64,000 nucleotides of DNA from Podarcis muralis. Its lineage: Eukaryota. Both the position numbers and the translations under genes were made by a program. Positions 52,537 to 64,000 of the stretch are shown in pieces (positions within the stretch are counted from its first letter, which is position 1; each line of letters starts with the position of its first letter). The stretch spans positions 43,772,001-43,836,000 of the forward strand of contig NC_135664.1 in NCBI RefSeq assembly GCF_964188315.1, written 5' to 3'. Below the pieces are notes generated by a model. The model was not told where the DNA came from and did not search any database. It worked only from the letters and a program-made list of their open reading frames with translations.

Positions 52537-52762
52537 CAGTGGTACCTCAGGTTAAGTACTTAATTCATTCCGGAGGTCTGTTCTTAACCTGAAACTGTTC
52601 TTAACCTGAAGCACCACTTTAGCTAATAGGGCCTCCTGCTGCTGCTGCGCCGCCGGAGCGCAATTTCTGTTCTCATCCTGAAGCAAAGTTCTTAACCTGA
52701 GGTAATATTTCTGGGTTAGTGGAGTCTGTAACCTGAAGCATATGTAACCCGGGGTACCACTA
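52537..52762. mobile_element. Tc1/mariner-type MITE
   Basis: Same internal sequence as 42004-42228; TA flanks; one TIR mismatch. Confidence 0.88.
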
Positions 52763-54617
52763 TACTTGCAAAGTGCTAGAACAGGCCGTACAATTTGCAG
52801 CAGAGAAATGGCAGGAGAAAGGGAATACTTAGCCTTTCCTGCCCCCATAACTTTCCTCTTCTAGTTCCTTCCCTGTTTGTTTTTACAGTCTGTGTATATT
52901 TGCCATAATAAGTAGATAAAACCAGCTTGGAAGGGAGGAAAGTACAGCATTTCCATCCTATACACAGTTCTATAAACAGTCCTGGCCCCCAGCCCTACTG
53001 CTTTGTGGATGAGAAGCAGCTTCCTAGCCCCTTAATGGCTGCCATTAATGTAGTTCCAAGATGGCGGCTTTTGATTTATTAAGATCTCCACCATTGTTTT
53101 CCTACCATGAGGTCTTCCAAGTTTTTTTTGCAGAAAGCTTTGTTCATTCCTTTATTTGTAAACTACAGCTTCTTCTTCACTGTTACAAGTTGTGCTCAAG
53201 GAAACATGCAAAAGCCACATCCTTGGCACATGGCTACACAAAGAACCCCTCAGGCCTTTCCTGTTTTCAGGTGGGTTTCAATCACATACAGGTGAATTCA
53301 GGTTTTGTAATTAACACTGACTTGGAACCCTTGAACAAAAAAAGCCCCCTGCTCCTCCGCCCTGGCACTTCAGAATTTTTGCAATAAGGAAAATAAGGGG
53401 AAATGCACTGGGAATTGTAGTCCAAAACATCTAGAACAGTGGTTCCCAATTAGGGGGTCTGTGGCCCCATCCCTTGCCTCCCCCCCAACTAATCTTTTGT
53501 CATTTTTGCATGGTAATATAACAAATTTTATGGTTTGTTTTAGCGCTGTGCAATTTTTCAATATACTGTACAAAAGCACTTTTGAAATCACACCACGATC
53601 AGGGGCGTAGGAAAGGGGGCAGGGGTCTCCCCAGGTGCCATCATGGAGGGGGGTGACAAATTATCAAGGAACAATTACTGCCCTACTAGGGAGGTTCATT
53701 AAAAAAAACTTTTTTTAAAAAATGCCTGCTCCAAAGGTCTTATCTTACTACACTAGGGATGATATAGCTACATAAGAAATTTCATGCATATCAGTTAATA
53801 TCTTGGCCCTCCTCCATGAAAATAGCTGTTTATTTGGCCGTTTTCCTATGTCGTGAAGGCTGAAATTTCAACAAAGCACACACCTTTGCTAGACTCTTTT
53901 CAGGCACCTGCTAAAAGCATTCTTCTTTAGGCAAGCATACCTAGATGCTTAGGAAGTTGAAGTAATTTTAATCTTAATATTTTAGCTTTTGTATGTTTTA
54001 AAGTAGGATTGTTAATTTTTCTTGATTTTACTGCTGTGGTGTTTTTTTGTTTTTTGTTTTGGTAAACCACTTTACAGGTTTTTTAAAATAAATTTTATTA
54101 AATAAATAGGCAATAAACATAAATAAAATAACACAAGCCAAAAGACAATCCACAGTATCCACAGTATCTGCCCACAGTCGTCTACTTGTTATCAGAGGCT
54201 CAGAATCCACATTCCTTTGTAAGAAAATATGAAATAACGTAAAACCATTTTTGCAGGCAAAAATAAAAAAAATTAAAAAATCAATGTGTGTGTGGGTGAC
54301 AAGAAATTTTCTGCACTGGGTACCACCTGACCGTCCTACGTCTCTGACCACAATAACAATTTTGAGCCAGCAAGACGCAGAAATACAGTGGTACCTCTGG
54401 ATGCAAGCACAAACTCCCCCAGTGCTGCTGCGTGCGGGAAACTATCTAGGGAGTGTTTCCTGCCGGCAGCTGCATGGGGGGAGAGGCTCAACAACTTTGG
54501 GCCATCTCCCTTCATTTTCCTAAAACTGAGTCCCTAAAAAAAGGGGGGCATCTTATAGACAGAAAAGTACGGTAGTTACCATGTGTGGTGTGATGAGATA
54601 AAATCAAATGTGGTTCC

Positions 54618-54688
<71 letters not shown>

Positions 54689-54689
54689 T

Positions 54690-55255
54690 GTATAGCCCCC
54701 CTATCTGGCTGGGTTTCCCCAGCCACTCTTCCAACAAAATATTAAAATACAATAGTCTGTTAAACATTAAAAGCTTCCCTAAACAGGGCTGCGTTCAGAT
54801 GTCTTCTAAAAGTCTGGTAGTTGTTTTTCTCTTTGACATCTGGTGGGAGGGCATTCCACAGGGTGGGTGCCACTACCGAGAAGGCCCTCTGCCTGGTTCC
54901 CTGTAACCTGGCTTCTTGCAGCGAGGGAACCGCCAGAAGGCCCTTGGCGCTGGACCTCAGTTTCCGGGCAGAACGATTGGGGTGGAGATGCTCCTTCAGA
55001 TATATTGGACTGAGGCCATTTATGGCTTTAAAGGTCAGCACCAACACTTTGAACTTTGCTCGGAAATGTACTGGGAGCCAATGTAGGTCTTTCAAGATGG
55101 TGTTAGCGGCCGCTCCCAGTCACCAGTCTAGCTGCCGCATTCTGGATTAGTTTTAGTTTCCGGGTCACCTTCAAAGGTAGCCCCACATAGAGTGCATTGC
55201 AGTAGTCCAAGCGAGAGATAACTAGAGCATGCACCACTCTGGCGAGATAGTGTGT
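54690..55255 (-). mobile_element. L2-clade LINE 3' fragment
   Basis: MKDLHWLPVHFRAKFKVLVLTFKAING...RAFSVVAPTLWNALP; same family as 24590; ends in a (TAG)n(TAA)n microsatellite at 54618-54688. Confidence 0.88.
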
Positions 55256-56175
55256 ACCTTTTTGAGGGGGAAAGATTGTGTCTTTAGAATATTGTTTATA
55301 ATAATGTCCCTTATTACTTCAGTTTAATCTGGTGAATTTAATGCATACCTTTCCAGATATGATTGCACTTGGGAAATGCATGATAGAAAAGCAGAATATA
55401 AGTCACTTATGGGAAACAAACAAACAAACAAACAAACAAACAAACAAACAAACAACAACTGAACAACATCGGTGTAAAGATGATGACTAATTCCAAATGT
55501 ATGACGACCAATGTCTGAGCTAAATGGGTGCTTTGTGCAAAGTTAATTGCTGGTTCTTTGGAAGGAGGCTTAGGTAAATATGATATTAAAAGCAGGAAAA
55601 AGGCCAATGATAAATAATCATACCATTGGTTGAAAATTCTGGCATCAAGAACAGTATATCTCTGTGGATATAACATGGCTGATGCAACTCCGTATTTACA
55701 GCCTTATGGCACAGGGAGAACAATGTAGTGGAAAAGTTTCAGACAGATCCCTAGCTATTTGAGTTCCCAAATATTTGGTGACTTGAAATTTTCACGTGAT
55801 TTTACCTTGCTGATCAATGTGGTGTGATGCAATATCTGTATTTATATGACTGGGAGAGTCAGAGAACTGTTTCCAATTTACCTGTTTGTTTTTAAATTTA
55901 AGCACATAGTCCATGCATGTTTGCTGAACTTCTCCTTCATTTCAGTTTCCTTCCTCCATTCATCATTTTGTTACTGACAAGGAGAAATATTTGTTCTCTG
56001 AGAAAATCAAATCAGTATCTCGTGTCCTTAGTTTGGAAGAATCCTAATTGGAGGATATCAGTATTCAGAAAGGTATATTAACCTCTTCGAAATTCTCCAG
56101 ATGCATTGAAGAGGAGAGTGTTTTCCCAACGATTTCTCTTCTGAATTTTCTTTACAAGCCATTGAGGAGGACACC

Positions 56176-59100
56176 ATGCTTTTAAGAAGAACCTCCATAT
56201 CTGTGGCATTTTATCTCTGCCTGCTGCTTATGACTCCTCTGCCAACGCTAACTTTCCAAGAAGGTATGTTTCTGAGCTTGGGCATCAATTTCCCCCTTTT
56301 CTTCTCTCCTTTTCAGTGATTCCACCAACAGCAAGATTCCATTTATTTATTTATTGCATTTACACCCACCTGTTTCTCCAAGGAGCTCAACATGGTTCTC
56401 CTCATTTAATCCTGTGAGGTAGGTAAGGCTGAGACGCAGTGTCTGGCCCAAGGTCACCCAGTCAGCTTCATGCTGAGTGGGGTTTTGAACTCTGGTCTGC
56501 CAGGTCCTACTCTGATACTCTAACCACTGTACCAAATTGGCTCTCTTGCAGAGGCTCATCAGCCCACAGGTACGTACCAATTCACAGCATTCTCGGCATC
56601 TCTCCAAATCTGAACTACCACAGAGTCTTTCTCTGCTCTCCCCTGACTAGCTGAAGTGTCTTTTACTTCCAAAAGCAGTTGGGGGTGGAGGGAAGGAAGG
56701 GAGCCTTCCAGGGCATCACAGGAAACCTCAGCCATGAGCTCTTGATGGGGGCAAAGGACCAACCTGCCATTCCTGCCTAAATGGCCACTGGGAAGGTGTC
56801 CCAAGGGGAAAGGATAGATGGGATCTTCCCTTCTGAAATGTGAAACAGAGCTCTAACATCAGAGTGGTAGATCTGATGCCAAAACCTCCCTTACTCTCTC
56901 TGCCACTGGCTCTTTCAAAGTGCTGGCTTTACTGGCACTGGCTCTACGGCTTCAGAAGGGCTGGGAAGGGGGCATTCTGGTAAGCAATGTGGATCCGAAA
57001 CATCCTAAGCCATCCTGGTCCCCTAACACACCATTAAAATGGGAAAATAGTGAGTCATGTTCCTGAGTGTGACTAAATCTCCCCCTCTCCTTTGGAAAAC
57101 ATTTTTTTTTATGGTAATGCGATAAAAGGAGAGAGGAGTGCATGTGTGTTCAAGCCTATTCCCACAGTAAGAGAATAATAACCTGCGCTACAGCTCTAGG
57201 AGTTTCTCTTAGCCAGTCAATCCGATTTTTATTGTTTGTGGTCAATGGACACTGCAATATTATCTAATAACTCTGCTGCTCCTTGTAGGATTCACTTGCC
57301 CAGAGAACTGGTTGAAGCGTGAAGGAAACTGTTATGGCTACTTCGAGGAACCTGTGACCTTTGCCCAGGCTAGGGTAAGAGATGGTTTATCATTGTATTA
57401 GCTGTGCATATGAGGAGTCAACATCCCTTTCCTCTCTGTGAAAATAGAGACTGGACAGGAAGGTACTGGAAGGATGGAGTTGGGCCTGGCTATACTGAGG
57501 CCGGTGGCCATTGATGGAGCTCATGGTTTGGCGCACTCCCTGTGTGACAGGAATCACTTTGTGGCACAGTGTGGCTGGCTCCACACAATGCGGGAAGGCT
57601 GGTGTTGGCCCCCAAATCCCACAAGACATCACTTGCTCGCATTGCATGGTCTTGCGTGAGTTCTGGGGGTGGGTGGAAAGGAGACTTCCTTAAAGAAGGT
57701 TGCTGTGCCTCAGGTCAGTCCTTTCCTCAACGAGTTTCAGATAAGAAGGCACAACAATCTGTGGGGAGAGTGCAGAACTTCAGAGGTTGGTATCAGGGTT
57801 GTGGGGCGTCAGGAGTGAACCTACTCTACACTGGATTATCGGTTTATTTACTCAAAGCAAAAGGGTAGTATTGCCAAAGAGTAGATCCCTAATGCACAAT
57901 ATTAATCCAGTAATTTTAAGGCAGAAGAAATAGTAATGAATATAATAAAGAACAATTATCATTATTATTTATTACATTTGTTAGTTGCTTTATCTTGCCC
58001 AGGGCAACCCAAAGTGACTTACAACCAACCAACAAACCAGCCAGATCAAAAAACACCACATAGATACATTAGAGCCAAGAGGAAAAAGAAATACATGAAA
58101 AATATCCCGCCCACTTCTAAAAGGCTACAGAGAGTTGAAGGCCAAAGGACTGGTTATAGAGGAAAGCTTTTGCCAGGCACAAAATCATGACTTTTCAGCC
58201 TTCATAGCATTTATCTGTTTGTCTTTCATTCTTCTGCATTATTGTTTTAATGTAAAAAAAAGATGAAAAATGGAACAAGGGCAAAACTGGTATTAAATTA
58301 TGAGCACTTGGCACTAGTGTTTGCATAGGGCTGGAAGGCTTATCGTGCAAAGGCTAAACTGCAACCGGGGGCAACTTAATTGATAAAAAGAAAGAAAGAA
58401 AAAAGAAGCTAAACCTGACTCTGTTGATAGCTGAGCTCTAGCTGTTGCAGCAAGCAAACCTTTGTTCAGTTTTGGTAGAGGATGATTTGATTAAAAAAGA
58501 AAGTCAAAGCTAGCAGCTGGGGACTGTGTCTAGAAGCTGGTGCAACCCATAGAGTGAATGGCATTCTTTGTGTCCTTGTGTAGGAGAAATGCCAAAAGGA
58601 ACATCGTGCCGACCTAGTCTCCTTCCATAGCAGGGAAGAAGTCTGTGCAATTGCGGAATTTGTTTCCGGCTTCGAGGACGACAAAGATGTTTGGATAGGT
58701 CTCCATGATCCTGAAAAGGTGAGTGCAGCAAGCTCCCTGGTGCTTAACGTCTCGGGATGTTTCCAACACTCTTCTCTTCTGAATTTCTCTCTGGATTTTG
58801 GAAATCAAAAACAAAATCAAGTAATTCAAAAGTGGAACTGATGCATTGGCGATCTCCATGATGGCAAATATCAACACAATCTGTCAGGAAATGCCACTCT
58901 CTGACCTAGAAAGCCTTCTCCAATAATTGCTTATCTGTAAGAACTTTCTCTCTGTTACCCTGTTACCTCTTCAGCTTCTGACACCTCCTCCTCCTCCTCC
59001 TCCCTCTGACCACTCACCATTGTCCCACCACCAGTCCCCTGTCTCTGAGCCTTCTTCCCTTGGAGGTTCCCCTTCAGCTGGTTCCCCTTATTCTTCCTCT

Positions 59101-62100
59101 GCATCCAACCAGTCCATGGCACCCATTAACCCCAGCCAGCATGTCCAGTGCTCAGGATGATGAGTGTTGGAGTCTTACTTAAATACTTAATTCGTTCCGG
59201 AGGTCCATTCTTAACCTGAAGCACCACTTTAGCTAATGGGCCCTCCCGCTACTGCCGTGCTGCCGGAGCACGATTATTGTTCTCATCCTGAAGCAAAGTT
59301 ATTAACCCGAGGTAATATTTCTGGGTTAGCGGAGTCTGTAACCTGAAGCGCATGTAACCTGAGGTACCATTGTATATGCCATAAATTTCTTATCACTGAA
59401 TGAACTTCATAGGTCAGCAGGGAGGAGAATTTGGTTTGATCTACATTTTTAAGTGAACTCAAATTCACACCTCTTGGGCCAATATATAAATTATCCTTTG
59501 GCTCTCACACTTCTGGTGGAAACACTGGTGCCTGCTGGTGTTGTGTTGGCAACCCCTATGGAAAATGAAGAGCACAGGCCTCCAAAACATACCTGCCCTT
59601 TACAGCAGAGTGGGGCGGGGCAGGGGGAACGTTTCTGGCTGGAGGGGGTCAGATCTTTATCTTCCCCACTCCTCTCAGGACAAAAGATGGCAGGTGGGCA
59701 ACCTGCCAATCACCTCACCTCATAGTGATGTCAGGTGATGCTTCCCCTGGGAACCCCAGTGAGCAGGACTTCAAAGCAAACTGTGGGGCTTTCAAAGAGC
59801 TCTTTGTAAACATCCCTGTGTGCTGTGTTTGATTCCCTTACTAACTGCATTTCTTGCCTTCCACCTGCAGGATAACGTGTGGGATTGGACTGATTCCACC
59901 AGTTTTAACTTATATGCTTGGCTGGATGACACAGAGAGAAATAATGAATACTGTGGGGTATTGCTCCACAGCACAAGTAAGTGTTCAGGTGCTTTGGCAG
60001 ATAGGGACACAGGGGTTCAGGAAGGAGAAGAGCAAAATACGGTTGCTTTTGTGCACCTTCCAGCTCTAACACTTTGAGAGCTGAGATTTATGGGTGTTTC
60101 CTTTAAACAGCTGCAAAGCACTGCTTGGGTCAGAGGTGGGAAGGATGCAGTTTGTAGCACAAAAAGTGTCTGGCACACCTAGACACTCCTCTTCCCTCTG
60201 CCACATTCACCCAGCCAGAGTTCCAGGCATGTGCTTGCTAGGTTATTAAAGGAAGAGCAAAGGGGGAAGAGGATTCCAGAGAAAATGCTTTCAGCAAGTG
60301 AGGTAGCTGTTCACCACCTGCTGTTCTGTACAGCAATTGTACTGTGAAATTGCTTGGAGATGCTTCCTAGGATTCATAAACGACATAAAGGACGCCACCA
60401 CCACTCCACTTAGCAACTGTTCAGTAGAGGCCTGACTTCCCAAATCTGCCAGCTTTGTAGCTCAAACCAGTGGTAATCCTGATGGGCTTAAAGACTTTTG
60501 CCTGGCAGGAAAGGTGGCATATACATCAACCAGGTGGCTAGCACAGGTAGTCATAATCACATTTTTAATATGCTGCCACTGTGTCACCTTAAATATCCCG
60601 TGCTGCCACTTGTGTATGTCTGTGCATTCACCTCCAGCCAAGGAGGCTAGAAATTTGGCAATTCTCAATATGCAAAAGTTTAAATCAAAACCCAAAAGTC
60701 TCAGTTGCACAGAGGATTGCATTTTGCATATCACATCTACAGCTTTGCTTTTAGCTTTTCTCCTAAGGATGTAATCATGTGCTTGCAAAACTGTAAACAG
60801 TTAATAACTCTTCTCAAAACTTAGAAGTAGTGCTGAAGAGCGGACATTGGGCTTCTCCGTACTTACCTTTCCTCTGCGCTTCCCAGACACAGGGCTGCAT
60901 TTTAAGCTCTGTGTCTGAACTGCTGAATTGGAGCAAACAGCACTCTGCAGAAAATCCAATTGCCATTTGTTGCGCTTCAGCTTTAAAGAGCGCGTTTTTG
61001 TGGGGTGTTAAGTTGTGGGTGAACATATCAGCCTGCTTATCTAGAGCTCCAGTACCTTGTTACTGTAACAACATTCTAAAACTATCCAATCACTGAACGT
61101 CACTTTCGATCTTTCATTTGCATAACTATCTACAGTATCCCCCTGATGGCCCAGGGTGAGAACTTCAGTACATAACATGGGGAATGTTCCAGGGCAGGGA
61201 AAAGAGTGCTTGGACACAGAGTTGTGCCTGGAAAGCACAGCTCAAAAGATAAGTGCACATAAGCCCATTGTCTGTGGTTTCTTATTCTTGCTGCAGCCTG
61301 CAGTTTAGCCAGTTTTGCAGGTTTCTGTGGTGCTTCAGGCAATACTTACGACTTTTCCAGACAGCCTTTCTAGACAGTACATTCATGGTTATTTCTGCTC
61401 GTGATGGCACAGGGCAGCCCGACGAAAACTTGCTTTCAGTACTCTTTGTGCCTGAAATGTTTTGGGGCAGATATCCTGCTTGGTTTCCAATCAGCGCATG
61501 TCCTGCAGCTTCCTGCTGACATCCTGTAGCTTTGTATACTTCCAACGTCCCGGGTTATTGCTGTCTTGCCTTTGTTGCCCTGTGGTGCAAGAGTGGCCCC
61601 TCCAAATGGCAATGATGCAACAACACCAGGGGAGCATTGCAGAACAACTAATAAAGCAAAATGACGCATGGATGGTCCACTATAAATGCACTGCTCATGC
61701 ATCAGTGATATGTTGCAGAACACACCCATGCAAAACCCCCATTCTGGAGGAGCCCTCAGTGAAGATGAAAAAATGGGGCTGAGTGAGCCACTCATGCTTA
61801 GCATTTGAAATCTCAGGAGCCGAATTGGTGAACTTACTCCAGGTCAAACATTGTGTTTATGTTGATGGATACAGAAATTCTGACCATGGTTTTGATCTGT
61901 GACAGCTGTTTCATACATATGCATTTTCCATATAGGAAAAAAGTCCTGCATAGTAATGTTCTATTGCTTCAGATGGGCACTGAAGACAGTTTCCCCCTTG
62001 GCAGGCTTTGAGGAGGATTGCTCCCAAGTGAATTTCATACCGTTACCTCTCTTGACTTATTTTATTAGACAGAAAACCCCTATATGTTTTTGTTCATTGC

Positions 62101-62571
62101 GTGTGTTGTTTCTTGTGCATTGTAGGTGAACCTAGATAATTCATACAGAGGTGGAATATACAGTATATATTACTTCAAAAGAAAATAAATATTTAAGGCT
62201 GTGGTCATCCCACATGAATGTGTGAACGAGCCTTAAAAGGCCGTGGAGTGAACAACACTTTTCTAATAAGACAGAAGACAGTTAATATTTTAATTATTAG
62301 TTTTAATAACCTATATTGCATGTTTAATATTTTGCAGTATGTTGTCCAAGAAATGTTTGTGGATGGGTAGCTATAAACATAAAATAAACAACCCTGGGAG
62401 GTTGCATCCCAAGGAGAGCACAGATCCTGCAACCCACAAATCACCCTGGTATCTCAGCTGCCTTATTTTTCTTTCTGCATAGATTACATTGTATGGGACA
62501 GCAGAAATTGTGAAACCAAGAGCCCCTATCTTTGTAGTTCGACACCACAAATTATCGTTCGTGAGTGCTAA
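56176..62571 (+). CDS. Secreted C-type lectin (REG/lithostathine/snaclec-like group), 5 coding exons, 167 aa
   Basis: Exons 56176-56263, 57289-57374, 58584-58718, 59871-59976, 62483-62571; 504 nt in frame. Signal peptide; CPENW..REGNCY; VWIGLHD; WDWTDS; EYC; VWDSRNC..KSPYLC. AATAAA at 62681. Confidence 0.9.
59170..59370. mobile_element. Partial mariner-type MITE
   Basis: Internal match to the 4863 family; right TIR GAGGTACCATTG; left end degraded. Confidence 0.75.
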
Positions 62572-63083
62572 CAAGGAGGAACCCTGGCTGGCTGTCTAGA
62601 AGAACCTGCACCCAGAGGGATGTCAACTCCTTCCATGACTGCTAAACTCACCTGCTACTCATCTATAGGCTGAAATCCCAAATAAACAGTAGAACTTGCA
62701 ACTCTATGTGGCTGGGTGTGTCATCTGTTACAAGATGGGGAAACGGATTCCTTGATTTTTCTTACCTATTTTATTTATTTAAACAGTCATAACCCTTACT
62801 TTTACAAAGTGGTGGTGTACCCAGCAGAAATAATTTAGACAGCAAACAATCTTGGGGGTTGAACCCAAGACCTTCTGTGTGCTGTGGCCCTTCCTGTTGA
62901 AGATACTCACCTGTCCCACCTGTCTCCTGTCATGGAACCTTGTGATTCTCAGGTAGTCACATGTCCAGGCAGTTACCAAACCTAGACCTGCTTAGCAACT
63001 TCAAAGTGATTGTCTCCTGTGCCTTCACACCATAATAAAAGGCTAATAATAGCACAGTGCACATTGATGCATTTATTAATTTA

Positions 63084-63278
63084 GGTAAAGGGACCCCTGA
63101 CCATTAGGTCCATTCATGACTGACTCTGGGGTTGCGGCGCTCATCTCGCTTTACTGGCCGAGGGTTCCGGCGTACAGCTTCCGGGTCATGCGGCCAGCAT
63201 GACTAAGCTGCTTCTGGCAAACCAGAGCAGCAAGTCCTAGGCTCTGTGGTTTAACCCACAGCGCCACCCGCATCCCTT
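63084..63278 (-). mobile_element. Sauria SINE with internal deletion
   Basis: Reverse complement of the 12621 SINE head and tail, middle missing; 14-bp TSD CATTTATTAATTTA (63070-63083, 63279-63292). Confidence 0.9.
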
Positions 63279-64000
63279 CATTTATTAATTTACTGCATTT
63301 ATACTTCACCTTTTTCTTCAAGGGGCTCAAGGTGGCATACGTGGTTCTCCCTGCTCATTTATGCTCCACAACAACCCTGTGAGGTGGGTCAGACTCAGAA
63401 GCAGTGCCTGGCCAAAGGTCACCTAGTAAACCTCATGCCAGAGCTCCAGTCTCTCAGGTCTTAGCCTGACACAAACCACTCCACCATGTGGTACTGTGTT
63501 CTCTCAGTACCTTTGGGGGCAAAGAGCAGCAGGTGGAAGGAAATAAAACCTGCCAAGAAAATGGCATGTTTCCATGGGGCCCTTATCTTTGTCCCACAGA
63601 GAGCGAGAAAAACCTGTCTTTATTATTGGAAAGAGTTTGAGTGGTACTAGCAGATGAGTTGGAAGAAACCCACAAGGCATATGGTACCAACATTGTACAG
63701 TAAACAGAAAAGTCCATGAAGAGAAAAACAGCACATTGTGCTTGCCTATCAGGTAGAGAGGGACACATATGTCAATTTCAGTTTCTCTCATTTTCTCATT
63801 TATTCCAGTCTATTTTCCCAGTCCAGTTTAGTCCCGCAAATCAGTTTCTGTGGTTTTTTAAAAAGTACTCAAGACAATTGATCAACATTTTCCTTCAAAT
63901 TTAACCTACTGTGCATATTTTTGTGTGCAATTTGCTCATACACAATGCCTGGTTGCTTCAATAAAACCTTCCCAGGTGGAGGGAATTTGGAATAACCCCT

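Noticed and set aside
60371-60434. Candidate last exon of the C-type lectin (RFINDIKD...)
   Set aside because: Lacks the W-x-D/C...C pattern; 62483-62571 supplies the canonical ending and a poly(A) signal.

Overview
Vertebrate (squamate) genomic DNA; the Sauria SINEs, CR1/L2/L1 LINEs and TA-flanked MITEs point to a lizard, probably a lacertid (inference). It is syntenic with the human 12p12-13 WBP11 region. Left to right I reconstructed by hand: a 4-exon osteocalcin-like Gla gene (Bgp2/OC3 type), C12orf60 (-), SMCO3 (+), a CpG-rich promoter zone, complete WBP11 (11 coding exons, 642 aa), a small replication-dependent histone cluster (H3.2-, H1+, divergent H2B+, H3.2+; the two H3 units form an inverted repeat), a 6-exon F-type lectin/pentraxin fusion gene and a 5-coding-exon secreted C-type lectin. 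Most striking: a 683-bp hAT element with perfect TIRs and an 8-bp TSD in a WBP11 intron appears to carry a captured promoter/exon-1 fragment of RANBP9 (a Pack-TIR transduplication). Homology calls come from my recall of protein families, not from database searches. There is a 148-N assembly gap at 11170-11317.
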